DNA of 64,000 nt from an uncultured Oscillospiraceae bacterium (GTDB lineage Bacteria > Bacillota > Clostridia > Christensenellales > CAG-314): positions 52,511-116,510 of the forward strand of contig CAZSIF010000001.1 of assembly GCA_964607155.1 (NCBI GenBank), written 5' to 3'. The position numbers and the translations under genes were made by a program. The number at the start of each line of letters is the position of its first letter. The stretch's first letter is position 1. This document shows positions 37,899-47,145 of this stretch, one piece after another. Below the pieces are notes generated by a model that saw only the letters and a program-made list of their open reading frames with translations, was not told where the DNA came from and searched no databases.

Positions 37899-39545
37899 CT
37901 ATTTTCTTTTCGTGTAACAACCTTCCAAAGCATTACTGCAGCCTTTTGACCATTGTTTCAGATATGTGTTACCGTAATTCTGTACGCTTTGCGTATTGTT
38001 TTTTACGCGTTGTGCAAGTTCCTTGGCGTTTATCGAGCAGGTAATGCGTCCTTTTGGAACATTAATTTCCACCTCGTCGCCATCCTGAATAACGGTCAAA
38101 TATGCCGAATCAACCGTTTCCGGCGTAACATGTCCGACAATTATGCCGTCGTAGATATCAGCAATACGTCCGTCCGTTATAATTGCAACTTTTTCAGACA
38201 ATCCCAAACCCTTTAGCAGTGCAGGGGCGGCATAAATTTCTCGCATACCGGGGCCACTCTTAGCACCCTCGGCACGGATAACAATAATATTGCCCTCTTT
38301 AATTTCCTTATGCAAAATTGCATCGATCGCCATTTCTTCGTTGTTGTACACGCGAGCATTGCCCACAAAAACAGGCTCGTCGCAGCGAAATTGAACAAAA
38401 GCACCCTCTTGTGCTATATTTCCGCTGACTGTCCGCAGTTGCGAGCTATTGCGTACAGCTTCCGCAACGGAGCGAATAACTCTAACGTTGGCAATGCGAG
38501 TAGCGCCAACCGCCTCCGCAAGCGTTGTATCCTCGTTAACATAAACATCGCCGTCAATAATCTTACTTTCAACAAGTCGGCTTATCATTGCATATACGCC
38601 GCCCGCTTTGTGAAACTGTGGCATAAGGCATAAATTGGAATTTTCCTTTGAAAGCAGCACGGGGGTACTTTTGCCAAGGTCGCCAACGGTTTTGAAGTCA
38701 ATGCCGCGTACGCCAAGCTCTTTTACAATTGCCGTAAGGTTTAGTTGTGCGGTTGCGCTACCTCCACAAGCAAGGTCAAAGCGAATAAGGTTGGTTAGCA
38801 TAGCCTGCGTTAATATGCGGCGAGGCGTAAATTTATCTGAAAACAGCTTTGCCGCAAGCTGCCCTGCGGAGTAAGCTATTCTTTTGCGTTCTACACTTCC
38901 TGCCGGTGCCGTTCCGTTCCCTTTGGGAGCAAGCCCTGCAACTTCCAACATACAGTTGATGCTATTTGCGGAGTAGCTGTCGCAATCCGTTCCGGAAACG
39001 ATGGGCAGATTGCTTTCCAACTCGGAAATCATATCATACGGCGTTTTGCCGGATTTAATGCGAGCAATTTGCTCGAAATACAGCGAATAACCGTACTCCT
39101 TTTTGTCATAACGGACGGGAGTGGCGGTGCCCTGTGCCACAAAAGCACACGGAACGTTCAGTCTGATTGCGCCAATAAGCATGCCGGCAACCAAACATTG
39201 CTCGCTTGCGACAAATACAAGTGCGTCATAATAGTCGTTGGCACAAATTAGCTCAACGGCGTTTGCGGCAAGCTCACGAGAGGGCAAATCGTATTTTGTG
39301 GCATGTGCGCCGTGCAATGCATTACAATCGATGGACGGCAAATACGCAACCGATGCGTTTGCTCCGGCAGCAACAATGCCTTGAACGACCTGATTAACCA
39401 AATCGTCCAAAGAATTATGAGAAGTTGTAAGTTGATTTGCAGCCGAAATGACACCGATAAGCGGCTTTTTTGCATCAATGGCTGCACTGTTTATAAGCGC
39501 TCTTTGCGGAAGCTTGTCAAGTTGTTCAATAAATTCTCTCAGCAT
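37899..39545 (-). CDS. IlvD/Edd (dihydroxy-acid/6-phosphogluconate dehydratase) family paralog with substituted catalytic motifs
   Basis: 548 aa. Family blocks are present: YDLPSRELAANAVE, AGMLIGAIRLNVP, ANSINCMLEVAGL, ACGGSAT, SGPGMREI, ITDGR..G..VGHVTPE and DGDEVEI. The positions of the canonical NCDK, CxxC and GGTSG motifs read SEQC, TDCD and DIYDG. GAGGTGG SD. Confidence 0.85.
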   Translation of the reverse strand: MLREFIEQLDKLPQRALINSAAIDAKKPLIGVISAANQLTTSHNSLDDLVNQVVQGIVAAGANASVAYLPSIDCNALHGAHATKYDLPSRELAANAVELICANDYYDALVFVASEQCLVAGMLIGAIRLNVPCAFVAQGTATPVRYDKKEYGYSLYFEQIARIKSGKTPYDMISELESNLPIVSGTDCDSYSANSINCMLEVAGLAPKGNGTAPAGSVERKRIAYSAGQLAAKLFSDKFTPRRILTQAMLTNLIRFDLACGGSATAQLNLTAIVKELGVRGIDFKTVGDLGKSTPVLLSKENSNLCLMPQFHKAGGVYAMISRLVESKIIDGDVYVNEDTTLAEAVGATRIANVRVIRSVAEAVRNSSQLRTVSGNIAQEGAFVQFRCDEPVFVGNARVYNNEEMAIDAILHKEIKEGNIIVIRAEGAKSGPGMREIYAAPALLKGLGLSEKVAIITDGRIADIYDGIIVGHVTPETVDSAYLTVIQDGDEVEINVPKGRITCSINAKELAQRVKNNTQSVQNYGNTYLKQWSKGCSNALEGCYTKRK

Positions 39546-39571
39546 AAAATCCCACCTCTTATATACTATAT

Positions 39572-39599
39572 TTTATAATAATATATAGGGCTTTGTCAA
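39572..39599 (-). promoter_or_regulatory. Candidate sigma-A promoter for the IlvD-like gene
   Basis: Minus strand reads TTGACA, 16 nt, TATAAA. It lies about 25 nt upstream of the start codon. Confidence 0.45.
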
Positions 39600-39810
39600 T
39601 CGTAAAAACCAGTATATAAAAACTTTTTTCGGACAAAATATTTATGTGAAATGGTTATGGATTCCGCATTCGGTTTGCTTCAATCCGTTGCAGATTAATC
39701 GTGCCGATATTCGCTAAACAATAAGCCATTCTCAGTATTCGTTGAAAGCCATCGCAAGCATAACGGATAGACGTGCGCACAAGACAAACAATATCAATTT
39801 AGGAGAAACT

Positions 39811-40593
39811 ATGGGCAAAAAGGTTACAATTTGCGGAGTAGACACATCGTCACTGCCTAAGCTTACGCAAAAGCAAGCGTTGCAATATCTTGAAAGAATA
39901 AAACAAGGAGACGAGGAAGCTCGCACCTATTTTATAAATTGCAATTTACGATTAGTACTTTCGGTTGCACAGCGTTATGCCTACCGATATAGTTGCGCCG
40001 ACGACCTGTTTCAAATCGGTTGTGTGGGCTTAATTAAAGCGGTGGAGAATTTTGACTTATCGCATGGCGTCAGATTTTCAACCTATGCGGTACCCTTGAT
40101 TGCGGGTGAAATCAGACGTTTTGTTAGGGAGTCTAATTCTATGCGTGTGAGCCGAAGCATACGCGACGTGGCATATCAAGCATTGCAAGCACGAGAAAGA
40201 CTTGATGCCGATGGCAAGCCATCAACTATAGATGATATCGCGGCGGAAATGAAGTTACCTGTTTTTAACGTTTTGTATTGTTTGGATGCGATAAGCGATC
40301 CGGTTTCGCTATCGGAAAACGTTTTTGCCGATGAGGAGGATTGCTTTACTCTTGAAGAAAAAATTGCCGACGACAAAACCTGTGAACAGGCTTGGGCTGA
40401 AAGAATTTCTCTGTTTGAGGCAATGAACAAACTTGACGAAAAAGAGCGTAGCATACTTGAAAAAAGGTTTTTTCAAGGGAAAACACAAAATGAAGTGTCC
40501 GGCGAGGTCGGATTAAGTCAGGCGCAAGTGTCACGTTTGGAAAACAACGCCGTCAAACATTTGCGAGAAAGCATGTCGGCGGAAAGGGTGTAA
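39811..40593 (+). CDS. sigG: Sporulation sigma factor SigG (forespore, late)
   Basis: ATG 39811 follows AGGAGA. ICGVDTSSLPKL, NLRLVLSV, DLFQIGCVGLIKAVENFD, FSTYAVPLIAGEIRRF and FFQGKTQNEVSGEVGLSQAQVSRLE closely track B. subtilis SigG as recalled from memory. SigF is less similar at the N-terminus. Confidence 0.85.
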   Translation: MGKKVTICGVDTSSLPKLTQKQALQYLERIKQGDEEARTYFINCNLRLVLSVAQRYAYRYSCADDLFQIGCVGLIKAVENFDLSHGVRFSTYAVPLIAGEIRRFVRESNSMRVSRSIRDVAYQALQARERLDADGKPSTIDDIAAEMKLPVFNVLYCLDAISDPVSLSENVFADEEDCFTLEEKIADDKTCEQAWAERISLFEAMNKLDEKERSILEKRFFQGKTQNEVSGEVGLSQAQVSRLENNAVKHLRESMSAERV

Positions 40594-40699
40594 AATGCAT
40601 TAGATTGTTTGCCTATTTATGTAGTGAAGGAGCATCGACGCATAATTCATTTAAAAAACGACATGCTGAGCATAAATTTATTTTATTCCCTTAAAAAAG

Positions 40700-40728
40700 T
40701 TGCTTTTAAGCTTTTTATTTGATATAAT
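40700..40728 (+). promoter_or_regulatory. Sigma-A promoter of the pheST T-box leader
   Basis: TTGCTT, 17 nt, TATAAT. Confidence 0.6.
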
Positions 40729-40734
40729 ACAATT

Positions 40735-40983
40735 AACAACGATGACGAAGCAAAAGAATCTGCGATTTGCGTTGCACAGCGAGCGGGGAACGGTGTAAGC
40801 CCTGCCAACGTCGCGGAAAGATATTCACTTCAGAGTTCGGTCGGTTAACGTCCTGTCGACAAGTAGCCGATTGCGTGTCGTTCGCGTAACGAACGTAAAG
40901 AAGGACAAAGTATTGTCCTTGAATTTAGGTGGTACCGCGGTATTTTTTTGTCGCCCTAAGCTTGTTTTGGGGCGATTTTTTTA
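40735..40983 (+). promoter_or_regulatory. T-box riboswitch leader with a Phe specifier (UUC) controlling pheS-pheT
   Basis: Stem I carries an AGCGAG bulge and a GGUGUAA distal loop. The specifier region GAAAGATATTCACTTCAGAG holds TTC at 40824 and 40829. The T-box sequence AATTTAGGTGGTACCGCGG is at 40922-40940. The terminator TCGCCCTAAG/CTTGGGGCGA plus T7 is at 40951-40983. Confidence 0.88.
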
Positions 40984-41178
40984 TTTTGCGATTGCAAATA
41001 ATTCTGCCACAGTGACACGATTATTACAATATCTCGCTAAATATAAACTACTACGATACACATAGTAATGCAAATATGTCCGTCGAGTGTGTTTGCGGCA
41101 GCAAAATATCAACGACGTTTTGCGCTCAAAGCGATAATTTATTATTTTTGCCCCACAAATAGGGGTAAGGAGTTACAT

Positions 41179-42195
41179 ATGGATAAAATTAGTCAAATTA
41201 AAGCCGCATGCCTATCGGAAGCGGAAGCTTGTTCGAGCTTATCAGCATTGCAAGAACTCAAGGTGAAATACTTGGGCAAAAGCGGCGAACTCACGAGCTT
41301 ACTAAAAAGCATCAAGGATTTACCTGCAGAGGAGCGTCCCGGTTTCGGCGCAAAGGTAAACGAGCTACGCACGCTTTTGGAAAACGAGCTCGCACAAAAA
41401 CAACAGCAACTAAAAGCAGCAGAGTTGGAGCGCAAACTTAATAGTGAGAGTGTTGACGTTTCGCTTAACACAATGAAGCCTTGGGGCGCACTGCATCCGA
41501 TAACACTTGTTGAAAACAAGATGATGGAGCTGCTTGTATCGATGGGCTTTGAGGTGCTTAGCGGTCCGGAAATTGAAACGGACTACTACAACTTTCAAGC
41601 GTTGAACATTCCTGCCGACCATCCCGCAAGAGATATGCAGGACACATTTTATCTTGCCGACGGAATATTGCTACGCACTCAAACTTCCGCAATGCAGGCG
41701 CGCTTGATGGAAAAGAAGCAACCGCCCATCAAAATGATTTGCCCCGGTAAAGTGTTTCGCTCGGATAGCGACGCCAGTCACTCGCCGGTGTTCCATCAAA
41801 TTGAAGGGCTTGTCGTTGACGAAAATATTACGCTGTGCGACCTTAAAGGCACGCTTGAGTACATTGCCTCGAACTTTTTTGGCAAAAATACCAAAGTGCG
41901 TTTTCGTCCGTCCTTTTTCCCGTTTACCGAACCCAGCGTTGAGGTGGATTTGACTTGTAGCAGCTGCGGCGGAAAGGGCTGCTCGCTTTGCAAAGGCACG
42001 GGCTGGATTGAAGTTCTCGGCGCAGGCATGGTAAATCCGTTCGTGCTGGAAAATTGCGGTATCGACAGCAAAAAATACACAGGCTATGCCTTCGGTTGGG
42101 GCGTTGAGCGTATCGCAATGATTAAATACGGCATTCCCGATATACGCCTCTTTTACGAAAACGACCAACGCTTCTTAAAGCAATTTGGCAAATAG
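41179..42195 (+). CDS. pheS: Phenylalanine--tRNA ligase alpha subunit
   Basis: AAGGAG lies 7 nt upstream of ATG 41179. Class II motifs include HPARDMQDTFY and FRPSFFPFTEPS. The track start at 41068 is an upstream extension. Confidence 0.97.
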   Translation: MDKISQIKAACLSEAEACSSLSALQELKVKYLGKSGELTSLLKSIKDLPAEERPGFGAKVNELRTLLENELAQKQQQLKAAELERKLNSESVDVSLNTMKPWGALHPITLVENKMMELLVSMGFEVLSGPEIETDYYNFQALNIPADHPARDMQDTFYLADGILLRTQTSAMQARLMEKKQPPIKMICPGKVFRSDSDASHSPVFHQIEGLVVDENITLCDLKGTLEYIASNFFGKNTKVRFRPSFFPFTEPSVEVDLTCSSCGGKGCSLCKGTGWIEVLGAGMVNPFVLENCGIDSKKYTGYAFGWGVERIAMIKYGIPDIRLFYENDQRFLKQFGK

Positions 42196-42207
42196 GAGAA
42201 TTGTGCA

Positions 42208-44583
42208 ATGAAATTACCTCTTTCATGGATTAAAGAATATGTAGACGTTACCGAAGATATCGATGTTTTATGCAAAAAAATGGTCGATATCGGCTTGGAA
42301 ATTGAAGAAGTAGTGTATCTCGGAGAAAACGTTACGAATATAGTTGTGTGTCAAATCACAGAAATATCGCAACATCCCAATGCAGAGCGTCTGCTTTGCT
42401 GCAAAGTGGATATCGGCGGCAATATTATCCCCATCGTTACCAACGATCATAGGGTTAAAGTTGGCGACAAGGTGCCCGTGGCATTACATAATGCAAAAAC
42501 AGCCAACGGCTTGCATATAACCAAAGGCAAAATGCGCGGCGAAGAATCGTGGGGTATGTTTTGCGGTCCCGAAGAACTTGGCATAAACAAGGATTACTAC
42601 GAGGGCGCAGATGTTGACGGCGTTTTAATTCTTAACCCGTCGGCTGTCGTTGGTGAGGATATACGTAAGGAAGTCGGCATCGACGACTACGTTTTGGACG
42701 TTTGCGTGACAAGCAATAGACAAGACTGCAACAGCGTTTTGGGCTTGGCTCGTGAAGTTGCCGTCGCTCTCGGAAAAACCTGCAAGGAGCCTGACGTAAG
42801 CTTTAACGAAGGCATTGTGAATACCAACAGCTTGGTGTCGGTGGACGTCAAGGCAAGTGATTTGTGCCCAAACTATTATATGCAAGGCGTAACGGACGTC
42901 AAGGTTGCGCCGTCCCCACTGTGGATGACATCGCGTTTGGCAAAGGTCGGCTTGCACGGCATAAACAATCTCGTGGATATTACAAACTATGTTTTGTACG
43001 AAATCGGACAGCCAATGCACGCCTTTGATTATAACGATATTACGGACAACGCGATTATTGTGCGACGTGCCGAAAACGGCGAAAAAATTGTTCCATTGGA
43101 CGGAAAAGAATACACGTTGACTGCCGATGACCTTGTGATTGCCGATAAAAACCGAGCAGTAGGCTTGGCAGGAATAATGGGCGGAGCAAATTCCGGAATT
43201 AAAAATGAAACAAGCTGCGTTTTGTTTGAAGCGGCATCCTTTGCAAGGGGAAACGTACGTCGCACAAGCCGTCGCTTGGGACTGCGCTCGGATTCGTCCG
43301 CACGATTTGAAAAGGGTATCGAGGCGTACACAAATCAGCTCGGTCTGAGCCGCGCGCTGCATTTGGTTGAACAGCTTGGTTGCGGAAATGTTACCGCTAA
43401 GCGAATTTGCATCGGCAAACCTGCCACAAACAAAATCGTCACATTCGAAAAGAACCGTGTAAAAAAGCTGCTCGGAATTGAAATTCCTGATGAAAAAATA
43501 GCATCGATATTGCAATCCTTGAATATCGCGGCAGTTATTACAGAGGATACCATTAGCTGCAACGTGCCTCCGTACAGAGATGATATCTCACGCGATTGCG
43601 ACATTGTTGAGGAGCTTATTCGCGTGTACGGATACGATAACATAAACGGCACACTGATGGAAAACTCGCACATAACCTGCGGAGGACGGACGCAAGAAGA
43701 TAAACTTGCCGATAAAGTAAAGAGTATTCTTACGGGGCTTAGATATAACGAATGCATTTTTTATCCGTTTGCAGGGAAATCGTTGTTTGAAAAGGCGTCG
43801 ATCGCGCCGATTGACGAGAGTAAATACATCAAGGTGCTCAACCCGATTGGCGAGGACTTGTCCTTAATGAACAGAACGCTTGTGCCTAACATGTTGCAAT
43901 GCATTGCACTTAACTTGGCACGCAAAAACAGTCAGTTGCGCTGTTTTGAAATCGGAAAGGCATATTTAGCAGACGAGCTACCGCTCAAAAGCTTGCCAGT
44001 AGAGCAAAAGCGTATTTGCATTGCCGCAACTGAGGTGAATTTTGATTGCTTTAGGGATGACGTTTTGCAAGTTGTTTACGCCTTTGCCGATGAAAACGTT
44101 AAAATTACACGTTGCAAAAGTGATGTGTTGCACCCCGGTATTGCTGCGGAAATTTTTGTGGACGGTGTATGCATAGGCGTTTTTGGCAAAGTTCATCCTC
44201 AAATTTGCGAAAACCTTGCAATAGAGGTTGAATGCTATATTGCAGAACTTTACTTGGATAAACTTATCGAAGTTAAGCGCAGCGAACTCGCATTTTCGCC
44301 CATTGCACGCTTCCCATCGGTCACAAGAGATTTTGCATTGGTATGCGACGAAAGCGTTGCCGCACAGGATATTTTGGACGAATTTTTAGCATTGCCATTG
44401 GCAGAAAATGCGGAGCTATTTGACGTTTATCGTGGCGCACAGCTTGGCGACGGAAAAAAATCCGTGGCGGTAGCGGTGTCTTTCCGCGACAATACCAAAA
44501 CATTGCAGGATAAGGATATCGAAAAACAGGTTGGCAAGGCACTGAAAAATATATCAGATAAACTTGGCGCAACACTCAGATAA
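42208..44583 (+). CDS. pheT: Phenylalanine--tRNA ligase beta subunit
   Basis: 791 aa. N-terminus MKLPLSWIKEYV, tRNA-binding domain, B3/4, B5 and FDX-ACB domains in order. Confidence 0.97.
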   Translation: MKLPLSWIKEYVDVTEDIDVLCKKMVDIGLEIEEVVYLGENVTNIVVCQITEISQHPNAERLLCCKVDIGGNIIPIVTNDHRVKVGDKVPVALHNAKTANGLHITKGKMRGEESWGMFCGPEELGINKDYYEGADVDGVLILNPSAVVGEDIRKEVGIDDYVLDVCVTSNRQDCNSVLGLAREVAVALGKTCKEPDVSFNEGIVNTNSLVSVDVKASDLCPNYYMQGVTDVKVAPSPLWMTSRLAKVGLHGINNLVDITNYVLYEIGQPMHAFDYNDITDNAIIVRRAENGEKIVPLDGKEYTLTADDLVIADKNRAVGLAGIMGGANSGIKNETSCVLFEAASFARGNVRRTSRRLGLRSDSSARFEKGIEAYTNQLGLSRALHLVEQLGCGNVTAKRICIGKPATNKIVTFEKNRVKKLLGIEIPDEKIASILQSLNIAAVITEDTISCNVPPYRDDISRDCDIVEELIRVYGYDNINGTLMENSHITCGGRTQEDKLADKVKSILTGLRYNECIFYPFAGKSLFEKASIAPIDESKYIKVLNPIGEDLSLMNRTLVPNMLQCIALNLARKNSQLRCFEIGKAYLADELPLKSLPVEQKRICIAATEVNFDCFRDDVLQVVYAFADENVKITRCKSDVLHPGIAAEIFVDGVCIGVFGKVHPQICENLAIEVECYIAELYLDKLIEVKRSELAFSPIARFPSVTRDFALVCDESVAAQDILDEFLALPLAENAELFDVYRGAQLGDGKKSVAVAVSFRDNTKTLQDKDIEKQVGKALKNISDKLGATLR

Positions 44584-44695
44584 CTGCCAATTTATTGCGC
44601 GAAAGTATTTTTTTGCTTTTGGAACGCAATTCACTGACAAATCGAATCCGAAGCTTGTTTTACGCAGAATTACTCTCGAAAATAACAAAACGCAG

Positions 44696-44713
44696 AATAC
44701 TATTATAGGCATA
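44696..44713 (+). promoter_or_regulatory. Degenerate copy of the recurrent motif (AATACTATTATAGGCATA) upstream of the U32 gene
   Basis: 16/18 identical to AATACTATTTTAGACATA at 49743-49760 by hand count. Confidence 0.3.
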
Positions 44714-44724
44714 ACTTGCCTTTT

Positions 44725-47034
44725 ATGAAAAATAACATGGACAAATATGAAATACTTGCTCCTGCCGGTAGCATCGAACAGCTTAAAGCGGCAGTCAATA
44801 ACGGATGCAATTCCGTATATTTAGGGCTTGATAGCTTCAACGCTCGAATGAAAGCTCCAAATTTTACAAAAGATAATTTGCGAGAGTGGGTGGATTTTTG
44901 CCATGTTTATGGAGTTAAGGTTTACGTCACGGTAAATACCTCGGTAAAGAACAGCGAGCTTTGCGCAGCTTTGGACAACGTATGGGTTGCCTACAAAAGT
45001 AATGCCGATGGCGTTATTGTAACAGACCTACCCCTGCTTAGATTTGCCGCAACATTGCCAAAGCCATTCGACGTCGTTGCAAGCACACAATTAAATTGCC
45101 ACGATGAATACGGCGCACTTTTTTTGAAAAAATTAGGCGCCACAACGGTTGTGTGCGCAAGAGAATGTACACTCGATAATATTAAGGCAATATCATCGAC
45201 AGGCGTAAAAACAGAGTGTTTTTTACATGGCGCATTGTGCGTTTGCCAATCCGGACAATGTTTATTTTCATCGATGGTGGGCGGCAACAGCGGAAACAGG
45301 GGACTGTGCGCACAACCCTGCCGAAAACAATATAAAGCAAGTAGCGGCAAAAAAGGATATTTGCTATCCGCCCGCGACCTTAACGGGCTTGGCATGGCAA
45401 AAAGCCTCAGCAATGCAGGCGCAAGGGTTTTCAAAATCGAAGGAAGAAATCGCCGTCCGGAATATGCTGCGGCTACATCAGGAGTATTTTCAAAACTATT
45501 TGCAAATGGATTCACGCCTGACGAATATGCGCAAGATATGCTCAGCGAGGTTTTTAATAGAGGCAACACATCGAGTATATCTTACCTAAAAGGCGGGAAT
45601 GACAACATTATCTACCCGAAACAGCAAAACAACGTCGGACTGCGTATTGGACACATCGAAAACGACAAAATAATAGGCAATCGAAACATCGAAAAAGGAG
45701 ATTGTTTTAAGATTTTTGATGGCGAGCGCGAAGTAGGCGGTGCAGTTGCCACGTCAAGCGGCACAACGGTGTCGGCAAGTTTTTCGGCACGCGTTAGCAA
45801 CGGAATGACAGTAAACCGCACAACAAACGTTGCACTCAACAGGCAGTTATTGACCGCATGTAGAAAGTTGCCCGTTTCACTTGCTTTTGACGGATTTATC
45901 GGGCAATCACCAATTCTGCGAGCACGTTGCGGAGATGTTAATACAACGATTGAAGGTAATTTTCTGCTGCCTGAAAGTACGTCGCAGCCAACTTCTGAGC
46001 AAGAAATTGCAACACAACTTCAAAAAAGTGGCGATTCGTATTATACTATTGCAGACATAGCAATACGCAAGGGCAATATTTTTATAGCAAAATCGCAGAT
46101 AAATGCTCTACGCAGAGAAGTATTGTCCAAGCTACAATGCAATATGCTTGAAGCTTATAACGTTCGTTTTGCAACCCGTACAACGGCAACAACGCCTGAT
46201 TTTAATGCGTTTTTGCAGAGTAACGGTGCAAGCTCCTTTGCCGCCGATGCTCACACATACGTTACAAACACGGCACAAACGTCCGATATCAATAGCGAGT
46301 CTTGCGTTGCGGCATCTTGTTTCAACGAACAGCAGCTTGCGCAGGCTGCAAAGATGGGGTGCAAATATTTAATATACAAACCCGAACTCATAGACAAATC
46401 GGCATTGTCAGTCGCGCGTAATTACGGCGCATATGTGGACGTTCCGCCTTTTGTCGATTCCGATTACCTAAGCAAGCTTTTAGGCGAAGTGGCGATTGGT
46501 TTGGTTTGTCATAATGTGGGACACGTCGAATTAGCGCGGGCTTTACAACTTCCGTACATAGCCGGTCGCGGCTTGAATATTTTTAACGACGGAATAGCTC
46601 AAGCTTTCGACGACGCAGTTACGTTCGTGTACTCGTTAGAACTATCCTTAGCTGAAATTAACAACTTCGAGCATAAAAACGGACTTATATTTGTTGACGG
46701 TGAGTTGCCGCTAATGCAGCTTGTTCATTGTCCGTACAAGGTTGCCTTTGATTGTAGCTGTACAACATGTAAGGCTAACTCTCGGCTGACCTACACAGAC
46801 GAGCAAGGCAATTCTTTCGCAATCAGACGTCGCAAGGCAAACCGTTGCACATTTGAGCTTATCAACGGGAAAAAGCTTTCCGTTATGGCTCGAATCAAAT
46901 CAAGCGGAAGGTATTTGGTGGATTTTCAACCGGAAGTTATCCGGCATTATTTATTACTAAACAACGGTTCCAGCGACCACTACGCATGCAATGAACCGTA
47001 CACAAAGGGGCGGCTTTACGATAAAATCAACTGA
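44725..47034 (+). CDS. Peptidase U32 family protein (long form with a C-terminal extension)
   Basis: N-terminus YEILAPAGSIEQLKAAVNNGCNSVYLG and the U32 signature FLHGALCVCQSGQCLFSS. The start is uncertain (TTG 44716, ATG 44725 or ATG 44737), and none has an SD. Confidence 0.85.
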   Translation: MKNNMDKYEILAPAGSIEQLKAAVNNGCNSVYLGLDSFNARMKAPNFTKDNLREWVDFCHVYGVKVYVTVNTSVKNSELCAALDNVWVAYKSNADGVIVTDLPLLRFAATLPKPFDVVASTQLNCHDEYGALFLKKLGATTVVCARECTLDNIKAISSTGVKTECFLHGALCVCQSGQCLFSSMVGGNSGNRGLCAQPCRKQYKASSGKKGYLLSARDLNGLGMAKSLSNAGARVFKIEGRNRRPEYAAATSGVFSKLFANGFTPDEYAQDMLSEVFNRGNTSSISYLKGGNDNIIYPKQQNNVGLRIGHIENDKIIGNRNIEKGDCFKIFDGEREVGGAVATSSGTTVSASFSARVSNGMTVNRTTNVALNRQLLTACRKLPVSLAFDGFIGQSPILRARCGDVNTTIEGNFLLPESTSQPTSEQEIATQLQKSGDSYYTIADIAIRKGNIFIAKSQINALRREVLSKLQCNMLEAYNVRFATRTTATTPDFNAFLQSNGASSFAADAHTYVTNTAQTSDINSESCVAASCFNEQQLAQAAKMGCKYLIYKPELIDKSALSVARNYGAYVDVPPFVDSDYLSKLLGEVAIGLVCHNVGHVELARALQLPYIAGRGLNIFNDGIAQAFDDAVTFVYSLELSLAEINNFEHKNGLIFVDGELPLMQLVHCPYKVAFDCSCTTCKANSRLTYTDEQGNSFAIRRRKANRCTFELINGKKLSVMARIKSSGRYLVDFQPEVIRHYLLLNNGSSDHYACNEPYTKGRLYDKIN

Positions 47035-47145
47035 ATGCGCGCCAAAAGTGTGACTGCCATTAAATAGTTTTACCGATGCGACAAAAACTTTACCGACATC
47101 TACACAATAAAACAACGCAATAAGTAAAAGCGTTATTAGAATAAA

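Noticed and set aside
40871-41178. A 64-aa ORF across the T-box (40871-41065) and the 37-codon upstream extension of pheS (41068-41178)
   Set aside because: The sequence is explained by the T-box RNA and its terminator. pheS homology and its SD start at 41179.
42625-43515. 296-aa minus-strand ORF antisense to pheT
   Set aside because: It is a shadow ORF within pheT with no recognisable family features.
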